DNA from: Squalus acanthias
Lineage: Eukaryota
Assembly (NCBI GenBank): GCA_030390025.1
Contig: CM059432.1
Location: 45,262,001 to 45,326,000 of the forward strand
Direction: 5' to 3'
DNA length: 64,000 nt
The notes under the pieces are model-generated. The model saw only the letters and a program-made list of their open reading frames with translations, made no database searches and was not told the origin of the DNA. Positions 1-14,106 of the stretch are shown piece by piece. A program made the position numbers and the translations under genes. Every line of letters begins with the position of its first letter. Position 1 is the first letter of the stretch.

Positions 1-2356
1 GGTTGGTTGACATAAAGGAGAATTATGGTGGTAATAAATAGTCATAGATAGTGAATGTTTTTGTTGGCACCTCTTGATTAATATTTTTGTGCAAAATAAT
101 ATCATTTGACTGCACTGAGTTTATTTCTGTGTAGGCCTGCTTGCGTTTTGGACATGGGAAAGATAGACATCTATCTTATGAAGGAAATTGGCCAAAGTCT
201 TTGACAGTAAAGGACTTTGAGAGGGGAAAGAGCAGGCAGGTATGAAGTGACCTTACTTGATGTATCAATTTTTATTCATTTAATCACTAAGTTGTGTCCT
301 TTTCTCTTGACTTGCTACCTCTGGCTGTCCTGCTTGATCTCCTCTTCTCCCTGTGCACCCTCCTCATGCTGTAGGGAGGAAGCTCCTTCCACCCCCTATT
401 CATCATCATCACCTTTAGCTTATGAAAGCAGCAAGCCTTTCTTCATTGTGATGTTATGCAGTGTACATCAAGCTACAATGATTGTGGAGACCCGCCTGTG
501 CCTTATTAAAAATCGCAGCAAAACCCCTGAGAGAATATCTAAAGTACCAAAGAGTTCGATATGCAGGCAAAGTAACATCAACCTTCAGTTGCAGCAAAAC
601 AAAATGGCATCCTTAATGCAGTATCTACTTCAGGATACTTTAATGTTGCTCATACCGCCACTTATACAGTGGCAGTAACTATTTAGAGTGGAAGTTGTAG
701 AAAATGGGTCGGAGGGGTTAGCCACACCAGATGACCCCATTTAAATGTAGTAGGGTAGGCTCCCAACAGACATTAAAGGAGACTGGTGACTTTTTTGGCA
801 GGATGATACTGGTGTAATTTTAAACCAGCGGTTTTGAGGCAAGAGGCATTACTGCATTTCATTTACTGCCCCAAAATTGCCAGAAAATTGACAGTAATTC
901 AGAGGAAAATCCAGTCCTGATGTCATTATGCTGCTTGTATAAGGGGGTCTTACATCATCCATAACATTTTCCATGTCTTGATTCTGAGATACAGGAACTG
1001 AAAGCTTGTGGGTCTGACTTCCCACTGCTGGAAACCTCCATCCCTGGACTTTCTGGAGTGAGTGGGAGGCTCCCTCATTTGCATTTCGATGAGGAGCACC
1101 TGTGACACAATGGGCACATCTCAAGCACCACCAGAAGAAAGGAGACAGGAAATGAGGAATTAGCCAGCCAATTGGTCTTTAGCAGACAGCCTGAGTGCCA
1201 CGGGAACCAATTCATTTCTTTACCTTGGGCTGATTTTTCATCCTAAATGTAGATTTTCTTCGTGGTCTAGACCTGGACCCAGGTCTGGATGCCAGGTGGC
1301 CTCTGCTCAACCTGTGTACCATCTGCTAGCAGTTCCCAGATCTGGGACAAGGAAACTCCTGGACTAGGAGTCCCCTCCCCTGGCCATGCCTGCTCCATCG
1401 TGAGTAACCTTGTTTGGGACGGGGTGGGCGGCCAGGGGTTTCTGTTCTAAACAAGGCCCAGCGGATACTGGCATCGCAGACCAGGACCTGGCATATCCAG
1501 GTCCTGGTCTAATTCCAAGACCTTCTGCCACACTCTTGACAGTCTTCTACTTAGAGTGCATCAGAAAAGATTTTGCACATTTGAGGCCATGCTTTTCAAA
1601 ATTTGACTGGGAAAAAGGGAATTTAAATATATATCCCTTGAGCTCAAATAGAGTTACTAATCAAGCATATATTCAAACGAAACCCACAATGTAATATATT
1701 TGAATTAACTGATTTGGCTTCTCCCTTGGGCACCTGTTACAGACATCGGGGCAATTTTCTGATTTTACTGGTGGGAAGCCCTATCTTCAAGCAACGGTTA
1801 GAGGAAAATCAGGCACACACTGTGGCTGGAACTAATCCGTATTAAAATTACCTGATCCTTTTTCTGTGAGTAAACTTGTTTTTTAACTATGTATGTATCC
1901 TCACAGAAAGATAAAAGCCAGGAACAGGATGCATCACACTTTGGGCTGGATTTTGCGGGGGTCAGTGGGCGCGATCGGTGGTGGGTCGGGTGGGAAAGTG
2001 TTTTTTTTTTCCCCAGCGGGTCGGGACAGGATACTTTGCACAAATTTAAACATCTGTTGCAGAAAACCATGCAATCTTTTAATGTAAGTCGGTCCTTTGA
2101 GGTCCGAATCCCAAGGCTTCTCAGCTGAGAAGGATGCAAGTTAGCACCCTAGCCACCACTGTTCCAACTGCCCTCATCATTTATATGGCAATATGTGTGT
2201 GTTGGTGCTGTACTTTAGTGTATACTTGTGTGACAGTGAGTGATTGAGTGAGTATGGGGACAAGACATAACAAAAGAAAGGTATCAGCTCTCAGAATGGG
2301 GGAAGCCTCTGGCATACAGTGGTTGCATCAGTAGGATTTTTAGTGTGAAGACATCA

Positions 2357-3106
2357 GCCTAGAAATTTGGTAGCGTCCATTTTTGGGCATCCTACCCACG
2401 GAGTGCTAACAGCCTGCGCTCAAATGGGAAGGTCTGAGGAGCCCGGGATTTTGGGCCTCGAACCTCATTATCATGCAGATGGTGCAACGGTAGGAGCCCG
2501 CACAGGTTCCTGCGCCAATTTTCAGATAAGTGAATGGGGAAGAAGATCGTGGGGGTCTGGAAGAGGAATGAATGGGCCTTGGAGTGTGATCGGAGGGCTG
2601 TCGCGGGTCGGGAAGAAACTTGCAGGGGCATGGAGAATTGTTGGGGGGTCGGGAGTGCTGTCATGGAGGGGTGGGGCTAGGCGGTCGGGGTCGGGGCCAG
2701 GGCCAGGGGGAGATCGGGGGGCTTGGAGGTCAGAGTCGGGAGTGAGGTCAGAGATCTCAGGACCAGTGATTATGGTAAGTAGTTACCTTTTTAATTCCGT
2801 GCTGTTTAGCGTTGTTGTTCCCGGGAGCAAACAGCACTGGTGCTGGCTGCCTCAGACGCAAACCAAAGTTGCAAGAGGGAGCAGAAGCAGGCGTTAGGCA
2901 CCTTATGTTAATACATATGCATATGTTAATGGCCTAACTCCTGCTTCAGACGTGGGTAAAGGATGCCTCTTGTTTGGGCTTCACCAATATGGCTGCCAGC
3001 GCGGCCCGCACCAGAATTGTGCACACGCTGCTTGGACATCATTTAGGATACAAAACGGCCCCCGTAGCACTGAAAAACCGGGCGCTACGGGGCCCAATTT
3101 CTAGGC
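2357..3106. mobile_element. Non-autonomous DNA transposon (MITE), PIF/Harbinger-type
   Basis: Terminal inverted repeats GCCTAGAAATT(TGG) ... (CCC)AATTTCTAGGC, flanked by TCA/TAA; no credible ORF. Confidence 0.6.
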
Positions 3107-3164
3107 TAACCAGTTGTAAGTTGTAACTTGAATGTGTGCTCTGCTGTAGTGTTTGGCATTTAGG

Positions 3165-3585
3165 TGGCAGGCGTGGCTCAGTGGGTAGCCTCTGAATCAG
3201 AAGGTTGTGGGTTCAAGCCCCACTCCAGCGACTTGAGCACAAAATCTAGGCTGATGCTCCAGTGCGGTGCTGAGGGAATGCTGCACTGTCAGAGGTGCCG
3301 TCTCTCAGATGAGACGTTAAACCAAGGTCCCTTCTGCCCTCTCAGTTGGACGTAAAAAATCCCAAGGCACTATGTCGAAGAAGAGCAGGGGAGTTTATCC
3401 CTCCACCAATATCACTAAACAGATTATCTGGTCATTATCACATTGCTATTTGTGGGACATTGCTGTGCGCAAATTGCTGCCGCATTTCCTACATTATAAC
3501 ATGTCAAAAGTATTTCATTGCTAAAGCACTTTGGGATATCCTGAAGATGTGTGAAAGGCGCTATATAAATCCAAGTCTTTCTTCT
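3165..3585 (+). mobile_element. tRNA-derived DeuSINE (SacSINE1-like)
   Basis: Head with A box TGGCTCAGTGGG and B box GGTTCAAGCCC; central domain shared with copies at 50648 and 56453; L2-type tail AAAGCACTTTGGGA...GGCGCTATATAAAT. Confidence 0.8.
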
Positions 3586-4244
3586 ATTCATGGTAAGCAA
3601 TGTAGCAGCTGTAATAGATTGACAAGCAACACCTGTGGGATACATACTTGAGCTATCTACCTGGCATATGGTACTATTGAGAAGACCTACCATGGCACCA
3701 TTCTTAAGTTCTTCCATCTTTTTCTGTGGGTTGAGACACAGCATTGATCCGAGCTGCCACCTCCTCCCAGACATGCGGCACTGCTCTCATCCAGGGAGAG
3801 TACCTGGGAGTGCTAAACAGAGCAGCCCTATCTTGCACTCCAAAGCAAACACCTCAGGGGATATCAGTATGGCATGGCTGGGAGGAGTTGGTGATTAGCA
3901 GAATTGTTGCATCCAGTATTTCCAAATCACATGCATACACCTTTGCAGTAGTACCTGCACTTTGTCATCTGTAAATCATGGGGTTCATCTGCTGCAGCAC
4001 TCTATCACTTTTCCACATACTCCATTTACTGGCTAAGTATTTTTTTCTACCAATGGTCCCTTTCCTTTAAATGGCTGCTGTAGTCCTATAAATGTCTACA
4101 ACGGCACAGGAAGTTCTGTCTCCCTGTGTAAGATCCCAGAGGCAGCCCTCTGTGCGGAATAAATGATGAGGGCCGGATCCAGAAGTTCAGATTGGACCAG
4201 ATGTCCCAATGCGCAATGTTCATACCTGATTATCGCCCATTCTA

Positions 4245-5384
4245 GAGTAATACAATACAGAAGGAGGCCATTCAGCCCATCGCGCCTGTACTGGCTCTTT
4301 GAAAGAGCTATCGAATTAGTCCCACGCCCCAGGTCTGTCCTGATAGCCCTGTAAATTTTTTCCCTTCAAGTATTTATCCAATTCCCTTTCGAAAGTTACT
4401 ATTGAATCAGTTTCCACCATCCTTTAAGGCAGTGCATTCCAGATCATGACAACTCACTGCGTAAAAAAAATTCCTCATGTTGCCTCTGGTTCTTTTGCCA
4501 ATCACCTTAAATTTATGTCCTCTGATTACTGACCCTTCTGCCACTGGAAACAGTTTTTCCTTATTTACTCTATCAAAACCCTTATGATTTTAAATACCTC
4601 TATCAAATCTCCTCTTAACCTTCTCTGCTCTAAGGAGAACAACCCCAGCTTCTCCAGTCTATCCAGGTAACTGAAGTGCCTCATTCCTGGTACCATTCTA
4701 GTAAATCTTTTCTCCGACATTCTTCCTGAAGTGTGGTGCCCAAATTTGAACACAATACTCCAGTTGAGGGCTAGCCAGTGTTTTATAAATGTTTAGCATA
4801 ACTTCTGTGCTTTTGTACTCTATGCTCCTATTAATAAAGCCAAGGATCCCATATGCATTTTTTTAAAAGTCTTTTCAACTTGTCCTGCCACTTTCAAAGA
4901 TGTGTATACATACACCCCCAGGTCTCTCTGTTCCTGCACCCCTCCCATTAAAATTGTAACTTTCAGTTTATATTGCCTCTCTTTCTTCCTACCAAACTGT
5001 ATCACTTGACACTTCACTACGTTAAATTTCAACTATGTGTCTGCCCATTTCACCATCTGTCTATGTCTTCCTGAAGTCTGTTACTATCCTTCTCATTGTT
5101 TACTACATTTCAGAGTTTCGTGTCATCTGCAAACTTTGAAATGATGCCCTATATACCCAAGTCCAGGTCATTAATATTTATCAAAAAGAGCAGTGGTCTT
5201 CATACCCACCTCTGGGGAACACCACTGTATGCTTCCCTCTAGTCTGGAAAACAACCATTCACCACTACTCTCTGCATTATGTTCTTTAGCCAATTTTGTA
5301 TCCATGCTGCCACTGTCCCTTTAATCCCATGGGCTTTAATTTTGCTTTCATGTCTATTATGTGGTACTTTGTCAAATGCCTTTT
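4245..5384 (-). mobile_element. CR1 LINE, 5'-truncated, decayed RT C-terminal part and 3' UTR
   Basis: Minus-strand peptides KAFDKVPH..., KFNVVKCQVIQFGRK, RFTRMVPGMRHFSYLDRLEKLGLFSLEQRRLRGDLIEVFK. Confidence 0.85.
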
Positions 5385-5460
5385 TTTGGTCCACACGAGC
5401 CTCCTCCCACCCTACTTCATCAAACCCTATCAGCATATCCTTCTATTTCGTTCTCCCTCA

Positions 5461-8400
5461 TCCTCATGTCGGACAGGTTGCACCTGAACCGGAACGGGAC
5501 CAACATCATTGCGGGGAGGTTTGCTGTTGGGGGGGTTTAAACTAACTTGGCAGGGGGATGGGATACGGAGTGGAGCTATAGTAGGCGTTGATGCACAGCC
5601 AAATATAGAGGAAAAAACAAGTCAGTCTGGAAGGCAGAGCAAATACGTAACGGCACAAGGGAGTATGGCAAGGCTGGATGGCATTTATTTTAATGCAAGG
5701 AGTCTTGCGAGTAAGGCAGATGAATTGAAGGTGTTGATGAACACATGGGTGTATGATATTGTTGCAATCATAGAGACATGGTTGAGGGAGGAGTAGGACT
5801 GGCAGCTCAATATTCCGGGGTATAGAATCTTCAGACGAGACAGAGGGGGGTGTAAAAGAGGAGGGGTGTCGCAATATTAATCAAGGAGTCAATTACTGCA
5901 GTAAGGAGGGATGATATCTTAGCAGGTTCCTCTAATGAGGCCATATGGGTAGAACTTAAAAACAAAAAGGGGGCAAGCACTTTGCTGGGAGTGTACTATA
6001 TGCCCCAAACAGTCAGGGGGAGATAGAGGAACAGATATGTAGGCAAATCTCAGAGAAGTGTAGAAATAATAGGGTAATAATAGTAGGGGATTTCAACTTT
6101 CCCAATATTAACTGGGATAGTCAGAGTGTGAAAGGCTTAGAGGGTGCGGAATTCTTAAAGTGCATCCAGGAGAGCTTTTTGAGCCAGCATGTAGAAAGTC
6201 CTACAAGAGAGGGGGCGGTACTGGACCTAATTCTAGGGAATGTAGCCAGGCAAGTGGTAGAAGTGTCAGTAGGAGAGCATTTTGGTGACAGTGACCATAA
6301 TTCGGTGAGATTTAAGGTAGTCATGGAAAAGGACAAAGATGGACCGGAAATAAAGGTTCTAAATTGAGGGAAGGCCGATTTTAATATGATAAGGCAGGAT
6401 CTGGCCAAAGTGGACTGGGATCAGCTACTTGTAGGAAAATCCACATCAGAGCAGTGGGAGTCATTCAGAAAGGAAATAGAGAGAGTACAGCGCCAACATG
6501 TTCCCGTAAAGGTCAAGGGTGGGACCAACAAGTCCAGGGAACCCTGGATGTCAAGGGATATACAAGAATGGATTAAGAAAAAAAGGGAGGCTTTTGGCAG
6601 ATGCAAAGGACTAAAAATAGTGGAAGCCCTAGAGGAGTATAGAAAGTGCAGGGGGGTACTTAAAAAAGAAATTAGGAGAGCGAAGAGGGGGCATGAAAAA
6701 CACTGGCAGGCAAAAAAAGGAAAATCCCAAGGTGTTTTATAAGTATATTAAGGGCAAGAGGATAACCAGAGAAAGAGTAGGGCCCATTAGGGACCAAAGT
6801 GGCAATCTGTGTGTAGAGCCGGAAGATGTAGGTAAGGTTTTAAATGAATATTTTGCATCTGTGCTCACTATGGAGAAGGACGATGTAGGCATAAAAATCA
6901 GGCAGGGGGATTGTGATATACTTGAACAAATTAGCATTGAGAGGGAGGAGGTACTAGCGGTTTTAGCGGGCTTAAAAGTGGATATATCCCCAGGCCCAGA
7001 CGAGATGTATCCCAGGCTGCTGTGTGAAGCAAGGGAGGAGATTGCTGGGGCTCTGACACAAATTTTCAGAACCTCTCTGGCCACAGGGGAGGTGCCAGAG
7101 GACTGGAGGACAGCTAACGTAGTACCATTATACAAGAAGAGTAGTAGGGATAAACCAGGGAATTACAGGCCAGTGAGCCTCACATCAGTGGTAGGGAAAT
7201 TATTGGAACAAATTCTGCGGGACAGAATTAGTCTCCACTTGGAGAGGCAAGGATTAATCAAGGATAGTCAGCATGGCTTTGTCAGGGGGAGATCATGTCT
7301 AACCAATTTGATTTAATTTTTCGAGGGGGTGACTAGGTGTGTGGATGAGGGTAGTGCAGTTGATGTAACCTACATGGACTTCAGTAAGACTTTTGACAAA
7401 GTCCCACATGGGAGACTGGTCAAGAAGGTAAGAGCCCATGGGATCCAGGGTAATTTGGCACATTGGATCCAAAATTGGTTTAGTGGCAGGAGGCAGAGGG
7501 CGATGGTCGAAGGTTGTTTTTGTGACTGGAAGCCTGTGTCCAGTGGTGTACCGCAGGGATTGGTGCTGGGTCCCTTGCTGTTTGTAGTGTACATTAATGA
7601 TTTAGATATGAATGTAGGAGGCATGATCAGTAGGTTCGCAGATGACGCGAAAATTGGTGGAGTGGTAAATAGCGAGGAGGGAAGCCTCAGGCTACAGGAT
7701 GATATAGATGGGTTGGTCAGTTGGACAGAACAGTGGCAAATGGAATTTAACCCTGAAAAGTGTGAGGTGATACATTTTGGGAGGACTAACAAGGCAAGGG
7801 AATACACAATGAATGGTAGGACCCTAGGAAGGACAGAGGATCAGAGGGACCTTGGTAGCGTGTACATAGATCCCTGAAGGCAGCAGGACAGGTAGATAAG
7901 GTGGTTAAAAAGGCATACGGGATACCTGCCTTCATTAGCCGAGGCACAGAATATAAGAGCAGGGAGGTTATGATGGAGCTGTACAAAACGCAAGTTAGGC
8001 CACAGCTGGAATACTGTGTGCAGTTCTGGTTGCCACACTATAGGAAGGATGTGATTGCATTGGAGAGGGTGCAGAGGAGATTCACCAGGATGTTACCTGG
8101 GCTGGAGCGTTTCAGCTATGAAGAGAGACTTGACAGGCTGGGGTTGTTTTCCTTAGAGCAGAGAAGGCTGAGGGGGGACCTGATTGAGGTGTACAAAATT
8201 ATGAGGGGCATAGATAGGGTAGATAGAAAGGAACTTTTCCCCTTTGTAGAGGGGTCAATAACCAAGGGGTGTAGTTTTAAGGTTAGTGGCAGGAGGTTTA
8301 GAGGGGATTTGAGGAAAAACTTTTTCACCCAGAGGGTGGTTGGAATCTGGAACTCACTGCCTGAAAGGGTGGTAGAGGCAGGAACCCTCACAACATTCAG

Positions 8401-8576
8401 GAAGCATTTAGATGAGCACTTGAAATGCCATAGCATACAAGGCTACGGACCAAGTGCTGGAAAATGGGATTAGAATAGACAGGGCTTGATGGCCGGCGCG
8501 GACACGATGGGCCGAAGGGCCTCTTTCTGTGCTGTATAACTCTATGACTCTTTGACTCTATCTATGATTCTATGAC
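5461..8576 (+). mobile_element. CR1 LINE: end of ORF1 (SGNH esterase-like) plus degenerate ORF2 (APE endonuclease + RT) and 3' tail
   Basis: (D)RLHLNRNGTN ORF1 end; GIYFNARSL, GDFNFP and FGDSDHN (APE); SPGPD, NYRPVSLTS, SGVPQG, RFADD (RT); (ACTCTATG)n-like tail; several stops and frameshifts. Confidence 0.95.
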
Positions 8577-8893
8577 TTATCTAGCTTCCCCTTAAAGGTA
8601 TCTATGCTGTTTGTCTCAACCACTCTATGTGATAGTGAGTTCCACATTCTAACCACACTCTGCATAAAAAAGTTTCTCCTGAATTCCTTCTTGGATTTGT
8701 TAGTGACTCTCTTATATTTATGGCCCCTGGTTTTGGACTCCTCCACAAGTAGAAACATCTTCTCTACATCTACTCTATCAAACCGCTCCATAATTTTAAA
8801 GACCTCTGTTAGGCCACCCCTGGAGAAAAGAGCTCCAATCTGTTCAGTCCTTCCTGCTAGTTATATCCTCTCAGTTCTGGTATCATCTTTCTA
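8577..8893 (-). mobile_element. CR1 LINE 3' fragment (its 3' tip lies at ~5385-5460, split by the + strand CR1)
   Basis: FDRVDVEKMFLLVEESKTRGHKYK...RRNFFMQSVVRMWNSL...FKGKLDK. Confidence 0.8.
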
Positions 8894-8904
8894 AAAGATG
8901 TGCA

Positions 8905-9165
8905 CCCCCCACATCCTTTACCCCACCATTGGTGGCCATGCCGTCAACCATCTAGGCCCTAAACTCTGGAATTCCCTCCCTAATCTTCTCTTCTCCGCCT
9001 CTCCACCACTCTCCTCCTTTAAAACGCTCATTAAAACTTATCTTTTTGACCAAGATTTTGGTCACCTTTGGTCATTCTTTGGCTTAATGTCAATTGTTTT
9101 TCTGATTACGCTCCTGTGAAGCATCTTGGAACATTTTTCTACATTAAAGGCGCTTCTTGTTGTAA
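8905..9165 (+). mobile_element. L2 LINE 3' fragment
   Basis: TIGGHAVNHLGPKLWNSLP...SSFKTLIKTYLF, then an L2-type tail; similar to 19025-19795. Confidence 0.75.
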
Positions 9166-10637
9166 AGTAACAGATAGAACTAAACGGACAGGTGGAATAT
9201 AATGAACACAAATGTTTATTCTTAGAGGACTGCAGTGTTGTTTCAGCTATAAATATTGAAATGCAACTTGTAAATTTTATTCAGAGATTACAACAAGAAG
9301 TTGCATTTATATAGTGCCTTTAACAGTTGCACACTCAGCAGGACTCATCATATGATTCTTTCCACTGTTCCCACAAAGCGTTGTGGTCTGAGCTACATTG
9401 ATCGAGATAGAGCTTCAGTTGAAATGAAAGAAACAGGTCAAAATCAGACGATTTCCAGTAATAGATGCATGTTTATTTCTTTTCTTACTTTGGCATTCAG
9501 CTCTATGTTTTTTTGAAAGAGGGAGCAAAGGAACAGCTCAAGGACACTGCATGTTTAGGGTTTTAATGATAATTTGATCTGAACAATCACAGCTGAAAAA
9601 ATATTTGAAAAATGACATGACTGAGGTCCAAACGATAAGAAGAAGGAGAAAAAGACTGGTAGCCAAGGTAACTGCACCTGTGTTAAACTATGGTGAAGAC
9701 AAAAATATGAAATGGAGCAAGCAGTTTTAAATTCAGTATCACGTCCACATTAATGTCACTAGACGAGCTCTATATATCCTGCCTGGAGTTAATTTCACTG
9801 TAAGTAAAAGTGTCTCTAAATGTGTTTTTAATTCAAATTCTTAAACTAAAGTGAAAGTAAATATAAGGAGCCAAGGAGTCAATTCTGGGCAATAAAATAT
9901 CAAACTATGAACAGCTATTGAATTCCCTTTAACCTTTTGATCAATTTATTGTGTTAATTAGTGAGCAATTAATTTTAGTACATTGAAATAATTTTTATTC
10001 AGACAGTTCCTTTGTTAGAATGATAGATAGGAACACCGTGGAACCTTTTCTCTGCACACGATGTGTAACAGAATCGTAAACCTGCTTATAAACAACATTT
10101 TGTTACACCTAACAATAGAGGAAATTTCATTGTTTCAACTTTAATGCATATTAACAGATTTACATGAAAAAACAGGTTTACAATTATCATATAACCCATA
10201 ACCCATAAATGTGTCTTTCTTGTTTAAATTCATAGCACAGTACACCAGTCTAATTTTATCCACAGTCCTGCACTCCATTCCATTACTTCAACATTATCAG
10301 GTAATGTGAATGGCCCGACTCATCAGCCAACTACGACTGTTAGCTAAGCTATGCATGAGGCTATTTGTTAGGGGTTTCTTGAGATCCAGACATCTGAACA
10401 ATACAATAAATATTCTAGCCATTGGCAAGTTAAGAACCTGGGGCTCTGACCTTTCTATGAGCACATCAAACTTAATTAATGTAAATATGAGAGTGAAAAA
10501 TTATTTTCAAATAAATTTCAACAAAGTATCAAAATAATCTTTCTCATTTTTTACCTGGAAAATTAATTTCTCATCTGTTCCATTAATCTCAGCTGATTCA
10601 ACGCACTCTTTTATGAACAGCAATTGAAAAAAAAATA

Positions 10638-11511
10638 GGGCCAGGATTTGCTGTCAAAATAATGGCAAGGCATAGAAACATAGAAAAATAGGAGTAGGCC
10701 ATCCGGCCCTTCGAGCCTGCTCCGCCATTCAATATGATCATGGCTGATCCTCTATCTCAATACCATATTCCCGCTCTCTTCCCATACCCCTTGACGCCTT
10801 TTGCGTCTGGAAATCTATCTATCTCTAAGGCTAATGGCCCCTGCCATTATTTATGGGTAAATGGTACAGCAACTTCAGGTGAGGAGCAGCTGCGCGGTTA
10901 AATGTGAATATCCAAAAGTTGCTGTCCGAATTGCACCGCTCCACCGTTAGCTTCGCGCAAATGGCATCTTGCCCTTGGCCTCACTGTTTTTTTTAGGAAC
11001 TTGCTGTATTTGCCCATTAAACGTGCCACAGAAAGTCTAGTAAATACCCTTTTAATGACGTGATAAGAGTTAATGACTGCCAATCAAACTCTCTGGCACC
11101 AAAAATTAACTATTACAAGTGTGAAGTCTCATTCCTTCAGGTTTTGAATTTTTTGGAGAGCTTTTAAAAATGCCATTTTTTTTTACTTTTCATTTTAATC
11201 TTTTTTTCTCGCTCTCTTAATCCAATCTTTCTTTCTCTTTATTTCTCTTTCTGTACATGATTTGGCATTGAATTGACCCCCTTTAATTTACCCTCCTTCT
11301 CAGTCCTTCCTGTGTTTATTTCCCAATACTTAAATCTCATTGGTTGCCCTGTTCACTCAGGTCCCTGATGCCCTGTTTCCCTCGCTGTGCCGTTATCAGC
11401 TCGCACTTTCAGCAACTTAGTGGGCACATTTTTTTTGAGCTGCAGAGTGCAAGGGCAAGTCTAACTAATGGCAGACGTCATTAGATGCCCTGCTACAGCA
11501 AATGCTGGTCC
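10638..11511. mobile_element. MITE (Harbinger-type TIRs) carrying an inserted minus-strand CR1 3' tail at ~10672-10826
   Basis: TIRs GGGCCAGGATTTGCTGT / ACAGCAAATGCTGGTCC; related internal sequence at ~16410-16515 and ~56150-57310; CR1 tail flanked by AAGGC duplication. Confidence 0.65.
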
Positions 11512-11726
11512 ATTATTTTTGCTGTCTACATTATTCCCTGGATTTTTTTTGGTCTGTCTGGCTTTATGCTTCTACTGCTGAGAATGTGTACTTCAAAAGT
11601 AATTAATTATGTGAAGTGCTTTCAAACATTTCAATGTGATAAGCTGTTATAGTAACTGAAATATTATTATAATGCCTCTTTTGGTTAGGTGGAAGGATTG
11701 TAAGTTACCATCTAGACTGGCAGGAA

Positions 11727-12032
11727 ACACGGTGGCATTGTGGTTAGCACTGTTGCCTCACAGCGCCAGGGACCCGGGTTCGAATCTGGCCTCGGGTGAC
11801 TGTCTGTGTGGAGTTTGCGCATTCTCCCCGTGTCTGCGTGGGTTTCCTCCGGGTGCTCCGGTTTCCTCCCACAGTCCAAAGATGTGCGGGTTAGGTTGAT
11901 TTGGCTATGATAAATGGACCCTTAGTGTTAGGGGGGATTAAATACGTGGGGTTACAGGGATAGGGTGGGATATGTGTCGGTGCAGGCTCCATGGGCCGAA
12001 ATGGCCTCTATCTGCACTGTGGGGATTCTGTG
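11727..12032 (+). mobile_element. V-SINE (HE1-like, elasmobranch)
   Basis: tRNA head GGTGGCATTGTGGTTAGCACTG...GGTTCGAATC; V-domain CTGTGTGGAGTTTGCGCATTCTCCCCGTGTCTGCGTGGGTTTCCTCCGGGTGCTCCGGTTTCCTCCCACAGTCC; CR1-type tail. Confidence 0.9.
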
Positions 12033-12294
12033 AAATTTTACCTTATTTTTACCTCCCAATCCTTAAGATTCCTTACATTCTTCAGTTCTGCAGTAATGTA
12101 CACAACCACAATGTGGCCTTAGCTTGACATTTCCCTGGTTGCTACACTTCAGATTGAGGAAGTAAGAAGAAAGTGGGAACAAAACTTTTTCCTCCCACTA
12201 TGTGGTACTGTGTATCAGTGCTTGAGAACAATCTTTCTGCTTCACAAGTAGGGTAATGGATAATATTACGTCAAAGAAGAAAATCATCTAATAA

Positions 12295-14098
12295 TGAGTG
12301 TGTCGCTATTCAAGAAAGGGGAGAGAGAAAACAGGGAACTACAGGCCAGTTAGCCTGAAATCAGTCATCGGGAAAATGCTGGAATGCATTAATAAGGAAG
12401 TGGTAACAAGGAACTTAGAAAATCATAATATGATTAGGCAGAGTCAACATGGTTTTATGAAAGGGAAATTGTGCCTAACAAATTTATTCGTGTTTTTTGA
12501 TGATGTACCTAGCAGAGTAGATAAAGGGGAACCAGTGGATGTAGTATATTTGGATTTCCAAAAGGCATTCAATAAGGCATCACATAAAAGGTTGCTACAC
12601 AAGATAAGGGCTCAGGGGGTTGGGGATAATATATTAGCATGGATAGAGGATTGGTTAACGGACAGAAAACAGAGAGTAGGGATAAACGGGTCATTTTCCG
12701 GTTGACAGGCTGTAACTAGTGAAGTGCCACAAGGATCAGAGCTTGGGCCTCAGCTATTTACAATCTATATTAATGACTTCGATGAAGGGACTGAGTGTAA
12801 TGTATCAAAGTTTGCTGATGATTCAAAGCTAGATGGGAAAGTAAGCTGTGAGGAGGACACCAAGAGCCTGCAAAGGGATGTAGACAGATTAAGTGAGTGG
12901 GCAATAAGGTGGCAGATGGAGTATAATGTGGGGAAATGTGAGGAAGATGGTTGTGGTAATTGAAGGTCAATCATCACAGCCCCAGGACATCACTGCAGGA
13001 GTTCCTCAGGGCAGTGTCCTAGGCCCAACCATCTTCAGCTGCTTCATCAATGACCTTCCCTCAAATATAAGGGCAGAAATGAGGATGTTCGCTGATGACT
13101 GCACAGTGTTCAGCGCCATTCACAACTCCTCAGATAATGAAGCAGTCCATGCCCACATGCAACAAGACCTGGACGACGTTCAGGCTTGGGCTGATAAGTG
13201 GCAGGTAACATTTGCGCCACAGAAGTGCCAGGCAATGACTAACTCCAACAAGCGAGAGTTTAACCACCTCCCCTTGACATTCAATGGCATCACCATCGCC
13301 GAATCCCCCACCATCAACATCCTGGGGGTCACCATTGACCAGAAGCTTAACTGGACCAGCCATATAAATACTGTGGCAACAAGAGCAGGTCAGAGGCTAG
13401 GTATTCTGCGGCGAGTGTCTCGCCTCCTGACTCCCCAAAGTCTTTCCACCATCTACAAGGCACAAGTAAGGAGTGTGATGGAAGACTCTCCACTTGCGTG
13501 GATGAGTGCAGCTGCAACAACACTCAAGAAGCTTGACACCATCCAGGACAAAGCAGCCCATTTGATTGGCACCCCATCCACCACCTTAAACATTTACTCC
13601 CTCCACCACCAGCGTACTGTGGCTGCAGTGTGTACCATCTACAAGATGCACTGCAGCAACTCATCAAGGCTTCTTCGGCAGCATCTCCCAAACCCGTGAC
13701 CTCTTCCACCTAGAAGGACAAGGGCAGCAGACGCATGGGAACACCACCACCTCCAAGTTCCCCTCCAAGTCACACCATCCTGACTTAGAAGTATATCGCC
13801 GATCCTTCATCATCGCTGGGTCAAAATCCTGGAACTCCCTACCTGACAGCACTGTGGGAGTACCTTCACCACATGAACTGCAGCGGTTCAAGGCGGCTCA
13901 CCACCACCTTCTCAAGGGCAACTAGGGATGGGCAATAAATGCTGGCCCAGCGACGCACAGATCTCATTAGCAAATAAAAAAACCATATATTCACTTTGGT
14001 AGGAAGAGTTCGAAGATTAGCTATGATCTTATTGAATGGCGAAGCAGGCTCGAAGGGCCATATGGCCTACTCCTGCTCCTACTTCTTATGGTCTCATA
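12295..14098 (+). mobile_element. CR1 LINE RT fragment (12295-12943 and 13985-14098), interrupted by a second LINE family
   Basis: GNYRPVSL, QHGFMKGK, YLDFQKAF, KFADD; resumes with ATTCACTTTGGTAGGAAG and a CR1 3' UTR after 13984. Confidence 0.85.
12944..13983 (+). mobile_element. CR1/L2-group LINE 'family B' 3' fragment
   Basis: AGVPQGSVLGP, MFADD, KLNWTSHINTVATRAGQRLG; ends GGGCAATAAATGCTGG...AATAAAAAAA; same family as 27901-28563 and 46323-48983. Confidence 0.9.
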
Positions 14099-14106
14099 AA
14101 TTTAAC

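Noticed and set aside
217..678. 153-aa ORF at the window start
   Set aside because: Non-ATG start, low complexity, no homology recognised
9593..9668. Possible small exon (LKKYLKNDMTEVQTIRRRRKRLVAK|GTAACT)
   Set aside because: Poor acceptor and no recognisable protein
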